From an uncultured delta proteobacterium (lineage in GTDB: Bacteria; Myxococcota; Myxococcia; Myxococcales; Anaeromyxobacteraceae), in assembly GCA_963845515.1 (NCBI GenBank), contig CAWJSR010000049.1:1-64000 (forward strand): a stretch of DNA of 64,000 nucleotides, given 5' to 3'. Position numbers and translations under genes: made by a program. Position 1 is the first letter of the stretch; the number at the start of each line of letters is the position of its first letter. Of the stretch, positions 9,673 to 18,623 are shown piece after piece. The notes under the pieces were generated by a model. It worked only from the letters and a program-made list of their open reading frames with translations, was not told the origin of the DNA and did not search any database.

Positions 9673-10378
9673 ACCGACTCGGCGACGCGCGGCGAAGCGA
9701 CCGCCCGGCAGGGCGCAGGCAGCCCAGGAGGACACGCGCTCCAGGATCCTCGACGCAGCCGAGCGGCTCTTCGCCGAGCGTGGGATCGACGCGGTCTCCG
9801 TCCGCGCCGTCCTCAAGGAGGCCGGCGTCAACGGCGCCCTCGCCAACTACCACTTCGGCGGCCGCGAGGGGCTCATCGCCGAGCTCCTGAAGAGCCGGGT
9901 CGGACCGCTGGCCGAGGAGCAGATCCGGTCCATCGAGGAGGTGGACGCGCGCGGAAGCGGGGCGACGCTCGAGGACGTGCTGCGCGCCTACGTGGCCCCC
10001 GCGATGCGGGCTGCGGGAGAGCGTCCCCGGTTCGGGAAGCTCTTCGCCCAGCTCCAGTTCTCGGCCAACCCCGAGCTTCGCGAGATGGGGCGCGACGCGA
10101 TGCGGAAGACCCTCTACCGGCTCGGCGACGCGCTGCTGTCGCGGACGCCGCCAGGGATCGCTCCGCAGCGGCTCCTCCTGCGCTTCTTCCTCGTGTTCAG
10201 CGCGCCCGCCTTCTTCGCGTCCCAGTGGGACGTCGTTCAGCAGTCGGCCCGGAAGCGGTTCGACCCGGCGCGGCTGCCGACGACGGAGGTGCTCACCGAG
10301 GAGCTGGTGGCATTCTGCGCGGCCGGACTCCGGGCCGGCGCGGCTGGAGCGGGAGGGGGAAGAGATGACGCCGACTAG
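9665..10378 (+). CDS. TetR/AcrR-family transcriptional regulator
   Basis: TRSRILDAAERLFAERGIDAVSVRAVLKEAGVNGALANYHFGGREGL is a TetR HTH. ATG 9665 is preferred because ATG 9635 lies within the promoter. Confidence 0.9.
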   Translation: MLKPTRRRAAKRPPGRAQAAQEDTRSRILDAAERLFAERGIDAVSVRAVLKEAGVNGALANYHFGGREGLIAELLKSRVGPLAEEQIRSIEEVDARGSGATLEDVLRAYVAPAMRAAGERPRFGKLFAQLQFSANPELREMGRDAMRKTLYRLGDALLSRTPPGIAPQRLLLRFFLVFSAPAFFASQWDVVQQSARKRFDPARLPTTEVLTEELVAFCAAGLRAGAAGAGGGRDDAD

Positions 10379-12848
10379 CGCTGACGCGGTGCTGGCGATG
10401 GATGGACCAGGGAGGCCGCCTGAGGCGGCTGGCGGGAAGGCGCAGGGGCTGGCGGAGATCGCCCGAGCCGGGTTGATCGTGCCGCCAGCATGGGTCGTGC
10501 TGCCCGGGGCGGACGACCGGCAGCTCACGAAGCTGACCGAGGCGCTCTCGGCAAGGGGGATCACCCGGGTCGCGGTGCGCAGCTCCGCCGCTGACGAGGA
10601 CGGCGCACGGCACAGCTTCGCAGGCATCCACGAGACTGAGCTGGGAGTGGCGCTGGACCGGCTGCGAGAGGCGATCGCGCGCGTGGCTGAGTCGCCCCGC
10701 AGCGAGAGGGCGGCGTCCTACCGGCGCCAGCACGGCCTTCCGGCCGCCTCGGGCCGGTGCGCGGTGGTGGTGCAGGAGATGGTGGACGCCGAGTGGTCCG
10801 GGGTCGCGTTCGGGAAGGGCGGCGGAGTCCTCGTGGAGGCGGTCGAGGGGCTCGGCGAGGTGGCGGTGAACGGCGACGCGACGCCGGAGCAGCTCGAGCT
10901 CGTCCGTGAGGGCGGGAAGTTCCGCGTGACGCGGCGGTGGCCGCGGAGGCAGCCCTTCGCGGTGCGCGCGGTGGCGGCCGGGACGGAGCGGGTTGCCCTC
11001 ACCGGCGCGCGGCCGGAGCTGGCCGAGCCGCTCGCGCTGGAGATCGCCGAAGGGGTTGCGGCGCTGGAGCGCTCCCAGGGCAGGCCGCTCGACGTCGAGT
11101 GGGCCACGCGCGGCGGCGCGGTCCTGTTCCTCCAGGCGCGGCCGCAGACCCGGCCCCTGGAGGCCGGGCTGCCGCCCGGCGAGACCTGGACCCGGACCAA
11201 CATCCGGGAGCTGACGCTCGAGATCGGCAGCGCCATGAGCGGCTCCCTGAACCTGCGCGCGCTCGATCGGTCCGTGCGCGACTTCAACCGCAAGATGGGG
11301 GTCCCCACGCCAGACCGGGTCCCGCTGCTCACGATCGTGGCGGGGAGGCCGGTCGCGAACGAGCGGATGTTCTGCGCGATCGGGGACGCGCTGGGTCTCC
11401 CGCGCGCCTGGCTGCAGGTGCTCCAGGGGGCGGCGGGGGAGGGGACCAACGCGCTCCCGAGGATCGACGTCCGGAAGATGCTCCGGCGAATCGACGTGCT
11501 CCTTCGCCTGAGCTGGTTCGCGGTGGGGGCGGAGCGGATGGCCAGCCGCCACCTCGAGGCGGTGCGACGCCGGCGCGAGGCGCGGAGGGCCGCGCCGCCG
11601 TCCGGCCTGGCCGAGGACGCGCTCCTCGCGCGCGTGCGAAGTGCCACCGGCGAGGAGGTCGAGGATCGCTTCCGCTACGTCAACCGGGTGCTGGTCGCCT
11701 TCAACCAGAAGGTCTCCGCCGGGGCGATGGCGCTGGCTGCCCACCCCGCTCCAGCCGCGCTCCTCGCTCGCTTGATCGGTCCCGACCTCGCCTCGGTCTC
11801 GACGCTGCAGCTCGAGGAGCAGGTCGAGATCGCCCGCGCGATGAGGCGCTGGGACGGGGCGCGCGCCTTCCTGGAGGGGATCGGGCCCGCGCACGCGAGC
11901 CCCTGCGCCTGGGCGCGCTCGTTGCCGCCCGACCTCTGGGCGCTCATCGAGCGCTGGCTGGAGCGCTACGGCCACCGCTGCCCCTACGAGTCGGAGCTGG
12001 CGTTGCCGCGCACGGCCGAGGATCTCCGGCTGCTAGCTGGCGCGCTCCGTCCGCTCGTCCTGGCCAGCGACGATCCCGAGGCTCCGGCTTCGCGCAGGGC
12101 CCGGAAGCGGGCCGGCGCCGCCGCGGCATGGGAGGAGGCGGCCCAGCGGTGCGGTCGCTTCGCCCTCGCGCGGGTCCGGGGGCCGGTGCGCGACCTGGGC
12201 CGCCTCATGGCCATGCGGGAGGAGCTTCGGTCCGAGTGGATGCGGGACTGGGAGCTCGTGAGGCGCGACCTGCTCGAGCTCGGCCGCCGCCTGGCCGAGC
12301 GCGGTCGGCTCGAGGGGACGGAGGAGGTCTTCCACCTGACGATCGAGGAGCTGGAGCGCGCGCTGCGTGAGCCGGCCTTCGACGCGCGCGCGGCAGTGGC
12401 GCGGGAGCGGGCGCGCGTCGCCGCGTGGCGCCGGATCGAGGTGCCCAACCGCTTCACGAGCGAGGAGGCGGCGAGCCTCGGCCGGCGCGGGGTGACCTCG
12501 GCGACCTGCGACACGGTGCTGCGCGGCACGGCGGTGAGCCCCGGCGCGGTGGAGGGGCGCGCCTGCGTCCTCCGATCACCCGATGACGAGGCGAAGCTGG
12601 CGCTCGGCGGGATCCTGGTCACCTACGCGACCGACCCGGGCTGGACGCCGCTCTTCGCGCGGGCCGCGGGCGTGGTCGTGGAGCTAGGGGGAGTCGTGAG
12701 CCACTCCGCGACCGTGGCGCGCGAGTACGGGCTACCGTGCGTCTCGAACGTGGACGGCGCCGTCGCGAAGCTGCGCGACGGCGATCTCCTGCGCGTCGAC
12801 GGGATGCACGGGACCGTGGAGATCCTGGAGCGCGCCGCGATCGGATGA
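10365..12848 (+). CDS. PEP-utilising dikinase-family enzyme (rifampin phosphotransferase/PigC-like architecture)
   Basis: N-terminal ATP-grasp (GGKAQGL, VAVRSSAADED, SFAG, DVEW, LQARP), a large helical central domain, and a C-terminal swivelling His domain (TDPGWTPLF...GGVVSHSATVAREYGLP). Confidence 0.8.
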   Translation: MTPTSADAVLAMDGPGRPPEAAGGKAQGLAEIARAGLIVPPAWVVLPGADDRQLTKLTEALSARGITRVAVRSSAADEDGARHSFAGIHETELGVALDRLREAIARVAESPRSERAASYRRQHGLPAASGRCAVVVQEMVDAEWSGVAFGKGGGVLVEAVEGLGEVAVNGDATPEQLELVREGGKFRVTRRWPRRQPFAVRAVAAGTERVALTGARPELAEPLALEIAEGVAALERSQGRPLDVEWATRGGAVLFLQARPQTRPLEAGLPPGETWTRTNIRELTLEIGSAMSGSLNLRALDRSVRDFNRKMGVPTPDRVPLLTIVAGRPVANERMFCAIGDALGLPRAWLQVLQGAAGEGTNALPRIDVRKMLRRIDVLLRLSWFAVGAERMASRHLEAVRRRREARRAAPPSGLAEDALLARVRSATGEEVEDRFRYVNRVLVAFNQKVSAGAMALAAHPAPAALLARLIGPDLASVSTLQLEEQVEIARAMRRWDGARAFLEGIGPAHASPCAWARSLPPDLWALIERWLERYGHRCPYESELALPRTAEDLRLLAGALRPLVLASDDPEAPASRRARKRAGAAAAWEEAAQRCGRFALARVRGPVRDLGRLMAMREELRSEWMRDWELVRRDLLELGRRLAERGRLEGTEEVFHLTIEELERALREPAFDARAAVARERARVAAWRRIEVPNRFTSEEAASLGRRGVTSATCDTVLRGTAVSPGAVEGRACVLRSPDDEAKLALGGILVTYATDPGWTPLFARAAGVVVELGGVVSHSATVAREYGLPCVSNVDGAVAKLRDGDLLRVDGMHGTVEILERAAIG

Positions 12849-12860
12849 CGCAGCCGCTCG

Positions 12861-14210
12861 CTACGCGACCCGCTCCCTCACGGGCTCCGCCGCCGGCTTC
12901 AGCGTCAGCAGGTCCCAGGCGATGACGACGACGCCGACCAGCACCAGGACCCCGTGCGCGAAGACGACGGCCATCCAGAACCTGATCGGCTCCTGGGAGA
13001 CGATGTAGGGCTCGCCGCGGATCCGCTCGAGATACGCCTGGAGCACGCCGGCCACCGCGAAGGCGAGGCTCATGCCCAGCAGCGCCAGGCTCGCCGTCCA
13101 GAAGCCGAAGCGCCCCCTGCCCTCCGCGAACCTCCCGCCCGGGAGCCCCTTCAGGCGGGGGAAGGCGAAGTAGAAGAAGGTGAGGTTCACGAGGGCGTAC
13201 GCACCGAAGAAGGCGAGGTGGCCGTGCGAGACCGTCACCTGGCTCCCGTGCGTGTAGTAGTTGATCTGCGGGAGGGTGTGGGCGAGCCCGAAGACGCCGG
13301 CGCCGACGAGGTGGAGCACCGCCATCCCGATCATGAAGGTCCAGGTGAGCTTCGGCTCCATCTTCCGCCCGCCCTCGCGCTCGGCGCGGAAGGTGTCGAC
13401 CAGCATGAGCGCGATCGGGAGCGGCTCGAGCGCCGAGAAGACGCCGCCGATCCAGAGCCAGTACTTCGGCGTGCCGAGCCAGTAGTAGTGGTGGCCGGTC
13501 CCGGCGATGCCGGTGAAGAGGAAGAGCCCCAGCTCGACGTAGAGCCACTTCTCGATGACCTTCCGCTCGACGCCCGTGAGCTGGATGAGCATGAAGGCGA
13601 CGAGCGCTGCGGTGACGAGCTCCCACGCGCCCTCGACCCAGAGGTGGATCACCCACCACCAGTAGTACCAGTCGGTCGCGACGTTCCGGTAGAACGGGAT
13701 GCCGAAGAGGTACATCAGCGCGAGGAAGACGAGCCCGGCGAGCAGGCTCCCCTGCGTCGCGGTGAACCTCCGCGCCTTCCACATCGTGGCCGCGACGTTG
13801 GCGAGGAACATCAGCGCGCCGACGACCACGAGCAGGTCGAGCGGCCTCGGGATCTCCAGGAGCGGCCGCCCCTGGGTCCAGCCGAAGAGGAACCCCACGA
13901 TGGCGGCGACGCCCGTCCCCACCAGGATGACGAGCTGGACGATGGCGAGCTTCGGCCACGCCAGCTCGCGGCCGGTCTCCTCGGGGACCATGTAGAAGGT
14001 CGCGCCCATGAAGCCGAGCAGCATCCAGAGGACCAATAGATTGGTGTGGATGGCGCGCGCGGTGGAGAAGGGGAAGAGGTCCACGATCCCCTGCGGCACG
14101 GTGACGAAGTAGGAGAAGGCCAGGAAGAGGCCGAGCAGCAGCTGGGCCACGAAGAGGAGCAGGGCGACCACGAAGTACGGGTAGGCGATCCGCTGGGTCT
14201 GGTAGGTCAT
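12861..14210 (-). CDS. norB: Nitric oxide reductase large subunit (cNOR)
   Basis: Multiple TM helices. ARAIHTNL, WWVIHLWVEGAWE, GTGHHYYW and HGHLAFFGAY carry the heme/non-heme Fe ligands. Confidence 0.93.
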   Translation of the reverse strand: MTYQTQRIAYPYFVVALLLFVAQLLLGLFLAFSYFVTVPQGIVDLFPFSTARAIHTNLLVLWMLLGFMGATFYMVPEETGRELAWPKLAIVQLVILVGTGVAAIVGFLFGWTQGRPLLEIPRPLDLLVVVGALMFLANVAATMWKARRFTATQGSLLAGLVFLALMYLFGIPFYRNVATDWYYWWWVIHLWVEGAWELVTAALVAFMLIQLTGVERKVIEKWLYVELGLFLFTGIAGTGHHYYWLGTPKYWLWIGGVFSALEPLPIALMLVDTFRAEREGGRKMEPKLTWTFMIGMAVLHLVGAGVFGLAHTLPQINYYTHGSQVTVSHGHLAFFGAYALVNLTFFYFAFPRLKGLPGGRFAEGRGRFGFWTASLALLGMSLAFAVAGVLQAYLERIRGEPYIVSQEPIRFWMAVVFAHGVLVLVGVVVIAWDLLTLKPAAEPVRERVA

Positions 14211-14926
14211 GGCATCCTCCCGCGCGCGGCGAGGCTCACGATCGTCTCGCCGATGGTCCGGCGCTGCGCCTCCGAGAGGTGGGCGTAGCCCGGCATCGGC
14301 GAACCGGGCTGCCGCAGCTGCGGATCCTGGAGCAGCTCGGCGATCCAGGCGGCGTCGCGCTTCCCGCCGATCCACTCCAGCCGCGGGCCGACCCGCTCTC
14401 CGCCGTCGCCGAGCGCGTGACAGCCGATGCAGCTCTCCTGCTTGAGGAGCGCCGCGCCGGGGGAGAGGAGCGCGCCGGCCAGGAGCCGCTCGGTCGAGCG
14501 CTTCCAGCGCCGCTGGGAGTCCTGCGGGGGCCAGTCGTTGTTCTCGATCCCGTCCACCCAGCGCAGAAAGTGGGCGATGTCGGCGATCTCGGCCTCGCCC
14601 AGCCGCTGCTGCGGCATCTTCCGGTAGGAGGCCCGGAAGGCCTGCTCGGGGTTCTCGAGCCGCCTGCGGATCCCGTCAGCGCCGATCCGCACGAAGGCGC
14701 GGGTCAGGTCCGGGGCGTAGTAGCCGCCGAAGCCGAGGATTGTGTGGCAGTCGTTGCAGTTGCGCGCCTCGAAGGCGCGCTTGCCGGCCACCACCTGCTC
14801 GTCGAGCTGGTCGGCGTGCGTCAGGCGGTCGAACTCGCGCTGCGTGTCGAACGTCAGCCCCAGGAAGAGTGCGGCGGAGCTGAGCGTTCCGATCCAGAAG
14901 ATCGCCTTCGATTGCCCTTCCGTCAT
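14207..14926 (-). CDS. norC: Nitric oxide reductase cytochrome c subunit with an extra C-terminal c-type heme domain
   Basis: N-terminal TM anchor, CNDCHTILGFGGYYAPDLT and KMP (NorC), then a second domain CIGCH...VGPRL...PGSPMP. Overlaps the norB start. Confidence 0.88.
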   Translation of the reverse strand: MTEGQSKAIFWIGTLSSAALFLGLTFDTQREFDRLTHADQLDEQVVAGKRAFEARNCNDCHTILGFGGYYAPDLTRAFVRIGADGIRRRLENPEQAFRASYRKMPQQRLGEAEIADIAHFLRWVDGIENNDWPPQDSQRRWKRSTERLLAGALLSPGAALLKQESCIGCHALGDGGERVGPRLEWIGGKRDAAWIAELLQDPQLRQPGSPMPGYAHLSEAQRRTIGETIVSLAARGRMP

Positions 14927-14975
14927 GACAGCGCCCCCCCTGCGAACGGCCGGGATTCCGCGCCAGCGTATGGAA

Positions 14976-14991
14976 ACCGTCACGTGACGGT
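14976..14991. promoter_or_regulatory. Perfect 16-bp palindrome ACCGTCACGTGACGGT upstream of norC
   Basis: Located 50 bp upstream of the norC ATG and followed by a related GTGAAGGTCAC. Confidence 0.5.
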
Positions 14992-15052
14992 GAAGGTCAC
15001 GCGGGGTGTATCCCCGTAAGGGGCGGGCACCCCGTTGGGCCAGCGTGGCGCT

Positions 15053-15742
15053 TCAGCGCCAGCGCCGGCCGCCGAAGAGGAGGCGCAGGAGCACGGCGAG
15101 GATCCAGCCGCCGAGCCCGAGCGCGCCGTGCCGGCCCCTTCCCCAGCCGCCGCTCCAGCCCGTCCCATCCCAGTCGGAGCCCCAGCCACCCCAGCCGCGC
15201 GGCGCGCTGCCGAAGCCGCCGAGCCCCTCGGCATCGAGCCGTCGCCGCTCGGTGTCGCCGACCTCGCGCGCCAGCGTCTCGGCCATCGTCCGGTTCGCCT
15301 TCGCGGCGTCGTCGGCCGCCTCGCGCTGCGACCGCTCCCGCTCCGCGACCTGCGCCTCTTCCACCGCGGCCTGGGCACGCCGCTCGCCCGCGAGCCGCGC
15401 GTTGAAGGCGCGCTGCTCCTCCGTCAGTAGATCGGCGCCGCACTGGGAGCAGACGCTCGCGGTCCGGTTGTGATCCATCTGGCAGGAGGCGCAGCGGATG
15501 AAGGGCAGCTCCCCCTCGACGGACGTCGCGACCTCCAGCGGCCGCTCCTCGGCGGGGCGGAAGCGGTCGAGGTGGCCGCCTGCGACCCGTGCCGGAGCCT
15601 GCCCTGCGTCGTCCGGTGCCTTGCGCTCCTCGAGCGCGCCGAAGCGTCCCTGGGTACCCGGGCTCTGGTCAGGCGACCCGGCGCCACCGCCCTGGCGGGG
15701 GCGCTCGAGGTGCCGGAAGCGCTTGAAGCGGTCGTCGGCCAC
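15053..15742 (-). CDS. Hypothetical protein with zinc ribbon, coiled coil and C-terminal Gly/Trp-rich TM anchor
   Basis: CASCQMDHNRTASVCSQC motif. Starts 3 bp after the AAA ATPase stop, which suggests an operon. Confidence 0.6.
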   Translation of the reverse strand: MADDRFKRFRHLERPRQGGGAGSPDQSPGTQGRFGALEERKAPDDAGQAPARVAGGHLDRFRPAEERPLEVATSVEGELPFIRCASCQMDHNRTASVCSQCGADLLTEEQRAFNARLAGERRAQAAVEEAQVAERERSQREAADDAAKANRTMAETLAREVGDTERRRLDAEGLGGFGSAPRGWGGWGSDWDGTGWSGGWGRGRHGALGLGGWILAVLLRLLFGGRRWR

Positions 15743-15745
15743 GGC

Positions 15746-17305
15746 TCACCCGCTCGTGCGCTGTGCTGCCGAGGCCGGGCGGGTCCTCGTCCGCGCCCAG
15801 TCCCGAACGCGGTCGATCTCCTCGCCCATGGTGACCGAGAGTGGCTTCGTCTCGCCCACCGCCTTCACGAGGTGGCGCTGGGTCAGCTCGGACTTCTCGG
15901 CGAACGCGTCGTACAGGGCGGAGACGATCGCCTGCTCTATCTCGGCGCCGCTGAAGCCGTCGGCGGCGTGGGCCAGCGCGTCGAGGTCGAAGCCGGCAGG
16001 GTCGCGGCGGCGCCGGCGCACGTGGATCTCGAAGATCTCCCGCCGCTCCGGCTGCTCGGGCAGGTCGATGAAGAAGATCTCGTCGAACCGTCCCTTGCGC
16101 AGCAGCTCCGGCGGCAGCGCGTCGATCCGGTTCGCCGTGGCGACGACGAAGACCGGCGCCGTCTTCTCCTGCAGCCAGGTGAGGAGCGTCCCGAAGACCC
16201 GCGCGGTGACGCCCGCGTCCGCGCCGTCGGAGGACCGGACGCCGGAGAGCCCCTTCTCGATCTCGTCGATCCAGAGGACCACCGGCGCGACGCTCTCGGC
16301 GACGTGGATCGCCTTGCGCAGGTTCTCCTCCGACGAGCCGACGAGGCCGCTGAAGATCCGCCCCATGTCGAGCCGCAGCAGCGGCAGCCCCCACTGCGCC
16401 GCCACCGCCTTGGCCGTCAGGCTCTTGCCGCAGCCCTGCACGCCCAGCAGGAGGAGCCCCTTCGGCTCGGGCAGGCCGAACTTCCTGGCGGCCTCGCCGA
16501 AGGCGGCAGCCCGCCGGTCGAGCCAGCCCTTCAGGAGATCCAGCCCGCCGACGTCGGCCAGCCGCTGCTCCGCCGCGAAGTACTCGAGCAGGCCGCTCTT
16601 GCGGATCACCTGCCGCTTCTCCTCCAGGACCAGCGCCACGTCCTCGCGCTTGAGCCTCCCGTCGTCGGCGATCGCCTTGGCGAAGGCGTTCTCCGCCTCT
16701 GCGAGCGTGAGCCCCTGCGCCGCCTTCACCATCGCCTCGGCGTCGGCCTGCGTCAGCTCCACCTTCGCGAGGTTCCCCTTCCGGACGACGTTGGCGATCT
16801 CCTTGAGCAGCTCGAACAGCTCCTGGAACGTCGGGAGCGGCACGTCGAGGACGGAGATCTCCTTCTCGAGCTCCGGCGGGATCACGAGCGACGGGGAGAG
16901 CAGGATGACCGTGGTGTAGGTCGACTTGAGGTCGTGGGCGAGGTCGCGCAGCGCCCGGACGACGGTGGGGTCCGACAGGAACGGGTGGAAGTCCTTGAGC
17001 ACGACGAGCGACGGATCCGAGAGCTTCCCGATGGCCGCGAGGACGGCCGTTGGCTCCGTCGCCCCCTCGCTCTCGGGCGTTCCGGTCCGCGCGCCGCCCG
17101 CGCGGCGCAGCCCCTTCGTGATGGTCCAGCTCCAGAGCGCCTTGCCGTGCTGCTGCGCCAGCTGGTCGAGGTGGGCATCGAGGCGCTGCTCCTCCCAGCT
17201 CACGAGGTAGACGAGCGGGTAGCGGGCCCGGACCAGGGTGTCGAGCTCCCGCGCGAAGCGGGGCGGCGGCGCGACCGCGGCGGCGGGGGAGTCGGTGGCG
17301 GCCAT
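15746..17305 (-). CDS. AAA+ ATPase (Ycf46-like)
   Basis: EEKRQVIRKSGLLEY, Walker A GVQGCGKS, Walker B LWIDEIEK, ATAN...LPPELLRKGRFDEIFFIDLP. Confidence 0.9.
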   Translation of the reverse strand: MAATDSPAAAVAPPPRFARELDTLVRARYPLVYLVSWEEQRLDAHLDQLAQQHGKALWSWTITKGLRRAGGARTGTPESEGATEPTAVLAAIGKLSDPSLVVLKDFHPFLSDPTVVRALRDLAHDLKSTYTTVILLSPSLVIPPELEKEISVLDVPLPTFQELFELLKEIANVVRKGNLAKVELTQADAEAMVKAAQGLTLAEAENAFAKAIADDGRLKREDVALVLEEKRQVIRKSGLLEYFAAEQRLADVGGLDLLKGWLDRRAAAFGEAARKFGLPEPKGLLLLGVQGCGKSLTAKAVAAQWGLPLLRLDMGRIFSGLVGSSEENLRKAIHVAESVAPVVLWIDEIEKGLSGVRSSDGADAGVTARVFGTLLTWLQEKTAPVFVVATANRIDALPPELLRKGRFDEIFFIDLPEQPERREIFEIHVRRRRRDPAGFDLDALAHAADGFSGAEIEQAIVSALYDAFAEKSELTQRHLVKAVGETKPLSVTMGEEIDRVRDWARTRTRPASAAQRTSG

Positions 17306-17333
17306 GGTGGGAGAGCATAGCAGCGTCCTGCTG

Positions 17334-17371
17334 CCCCCTCACCCTCCCCTCTCCCCCGGTGGGGGAGAGGG
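17334..17371 (+). repeat. REP-like palindromic element
   Basis: CCCCCTCACCCTCCCCTCTCCCCC-GGT-GGGGGAGAGGG; same family as the copies at 46306, 47329, 54236 and 54275. Confidence 0.7.
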
Positions 17372-17404
17372 AAGTAGAGGTGTGTTTGCTAGATTCCGCC
17401 CCCG

Positions 17405-18472
17405 ATGGCGGCGAGACGGCGACTGCTGGTGGCGATGAGCGGCGGGGTGGACTCCTCCGTGGCGGCGGCGCTGCTGCGTGACGCGGGGCACGAGGTCACC
17501 GGCGTCTTCCTCTGCCTTGGCCGTGGGGGCGATCCGGACTCCCGCGGCTGCTGCTCCCCGCAGGACGCCGCCGACGCCCGGCGCGTCGCGGGGAAGCTGG
17601 GGATCGACCTCTACGTCCTCGACGCGGCGGCCGACTTCGAGGGGATCATCGACGGCTTCGCCGCCGAGTACGCGGCCGGTCGCACGCCCAACCCGTGCGT
17701 CCGCTGCAACCGCGACGTCAAGCTGGCGCGCCTCCTGCGCCACGCGGAGGCGCTCGGCTTCGACGGGGTCGCCACGGGCCACTACGCCCGGGTGGTCGAG
17801 TCGGGCGGCGCGCCGGCGCTCGCCAGGGCCGCCGCGCTCGCGAAGGACCAGTCCTACGTCCTCTTCGCGCTGCCCCGCGAGGCGCTCGGGCGGCTCGTCC
17901 TCCCGCTCGGCGACCTGCCCGGCAAGGGCGAGACGCGAGAGATCGCGCGCAGGCTCGGCCTGCCGGTGCACGACAAGCCGGACAGCATGGAGATCTGCTT
18001 CGTCGAGGAGGGGGACCACGCCAGTGTCCTGGCCGCGCGTGCGCCGCGCGCCCTCACGAAGGGGCCCGTGGTCGATGGCGCGGGACGCGTCCTCGGCCGC
18101 CACGATGGCTACGGGCGCTACACGGTCGGCCAGCGGCGCGGGCTGGGGATCGCCTCGGCCGGGCGGCTCTACGTCACCGGGATCGATGCCGCCACGGCGA
18201 CCGTCCGGGTCGGGCCCCGGGAGGCGACGCTGGCCGTGGGCGTCACCGTGGCCGAGGCGAACTGGCATCGGGACGTCCCGGAGTCCTTCGAGGGGACGGT
18301 GCAGATCCGCTCGATGTACGGCGGGGCGCGGGCCCTGATCCGTCGCGCGGGAGACGACCGGTTCGAGGTCGACTTCCGCGAGCCGGTCCACGCAGCCGCG
18401 CCGGGGCAGGCGGCGGTCCTCTACGTCGACGGCATCCTCGTGGGCGGTGGCTTCATCGAATCGGCCCGCTGA
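17405..18472 (+). CDS. mnmA: tRNA 2-thiouridine(34) synthase
   Basis: AMSGGVDSSV (PP-loop), GCC, GRTPNPCVRCN, ATGHYAR, KDQSYVL, KPDSMEICF, YTVGQRRGLG, PGQAAVLY. Confidence 0.95.
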   Translation: MAARRRLLVAMSGGVDSSVAAALLRDAGHEVTGVFLCLGRGGDPDSRGCCSPQDAADARRVAGKLGIDLYVLDAAADFEGIIDGFAAEYAAGRTPNPCVRCNRDVKLARLLRHAEALGFDGVATGHYARVVESGGAPALARAAALAKDQSYVLFALPREALGRLVLPLGDLPGKGETREIARRLGLPVHDKPDSMEICFVEEGDHASVLAARAPRALTKGPVVDGAGRVLGRHDGYGRYTVGQRRGLGIASAGRLYVTGIDAATATVRVGPREATLAVGVTVAEANWHRDVPESFEGTVQIRSMYGGARALIRRAGDDRFEVDFREPVHAAAPGQAAVLYVDGILVGGGFIESAR

Positions 18473-18623
18473 CGCCGTCGTCGCGCCCACATCGCGCCCA
18501 CATCGCGGCACACCGCGGCCAGCAGGCTCAGCGGCGAGGTGCCGCACGCGCATCGAGCGGGAGAGCGTTCACGGCGCCGCCGTCCAGGGCTATCGTCGAT
18601 CGCCTTCAGTGAGCGGAGCCACG

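Noticed and set aside
10365..12848. PEP synthase/PPDK, or a confirmed rifampin resistance gene
   Set aside because: The domain order excludes PpsA/PPDK, and substrate specificity cannot be read from the sequence.
15746..17305. AAA ATPase as NorQ for the neighbouring norCB
   Set aside because: Its motifs are of the classic/Ycf46 AAA clade rather than MoxR/CbbQ, and no VWA (NorD) gene is present.
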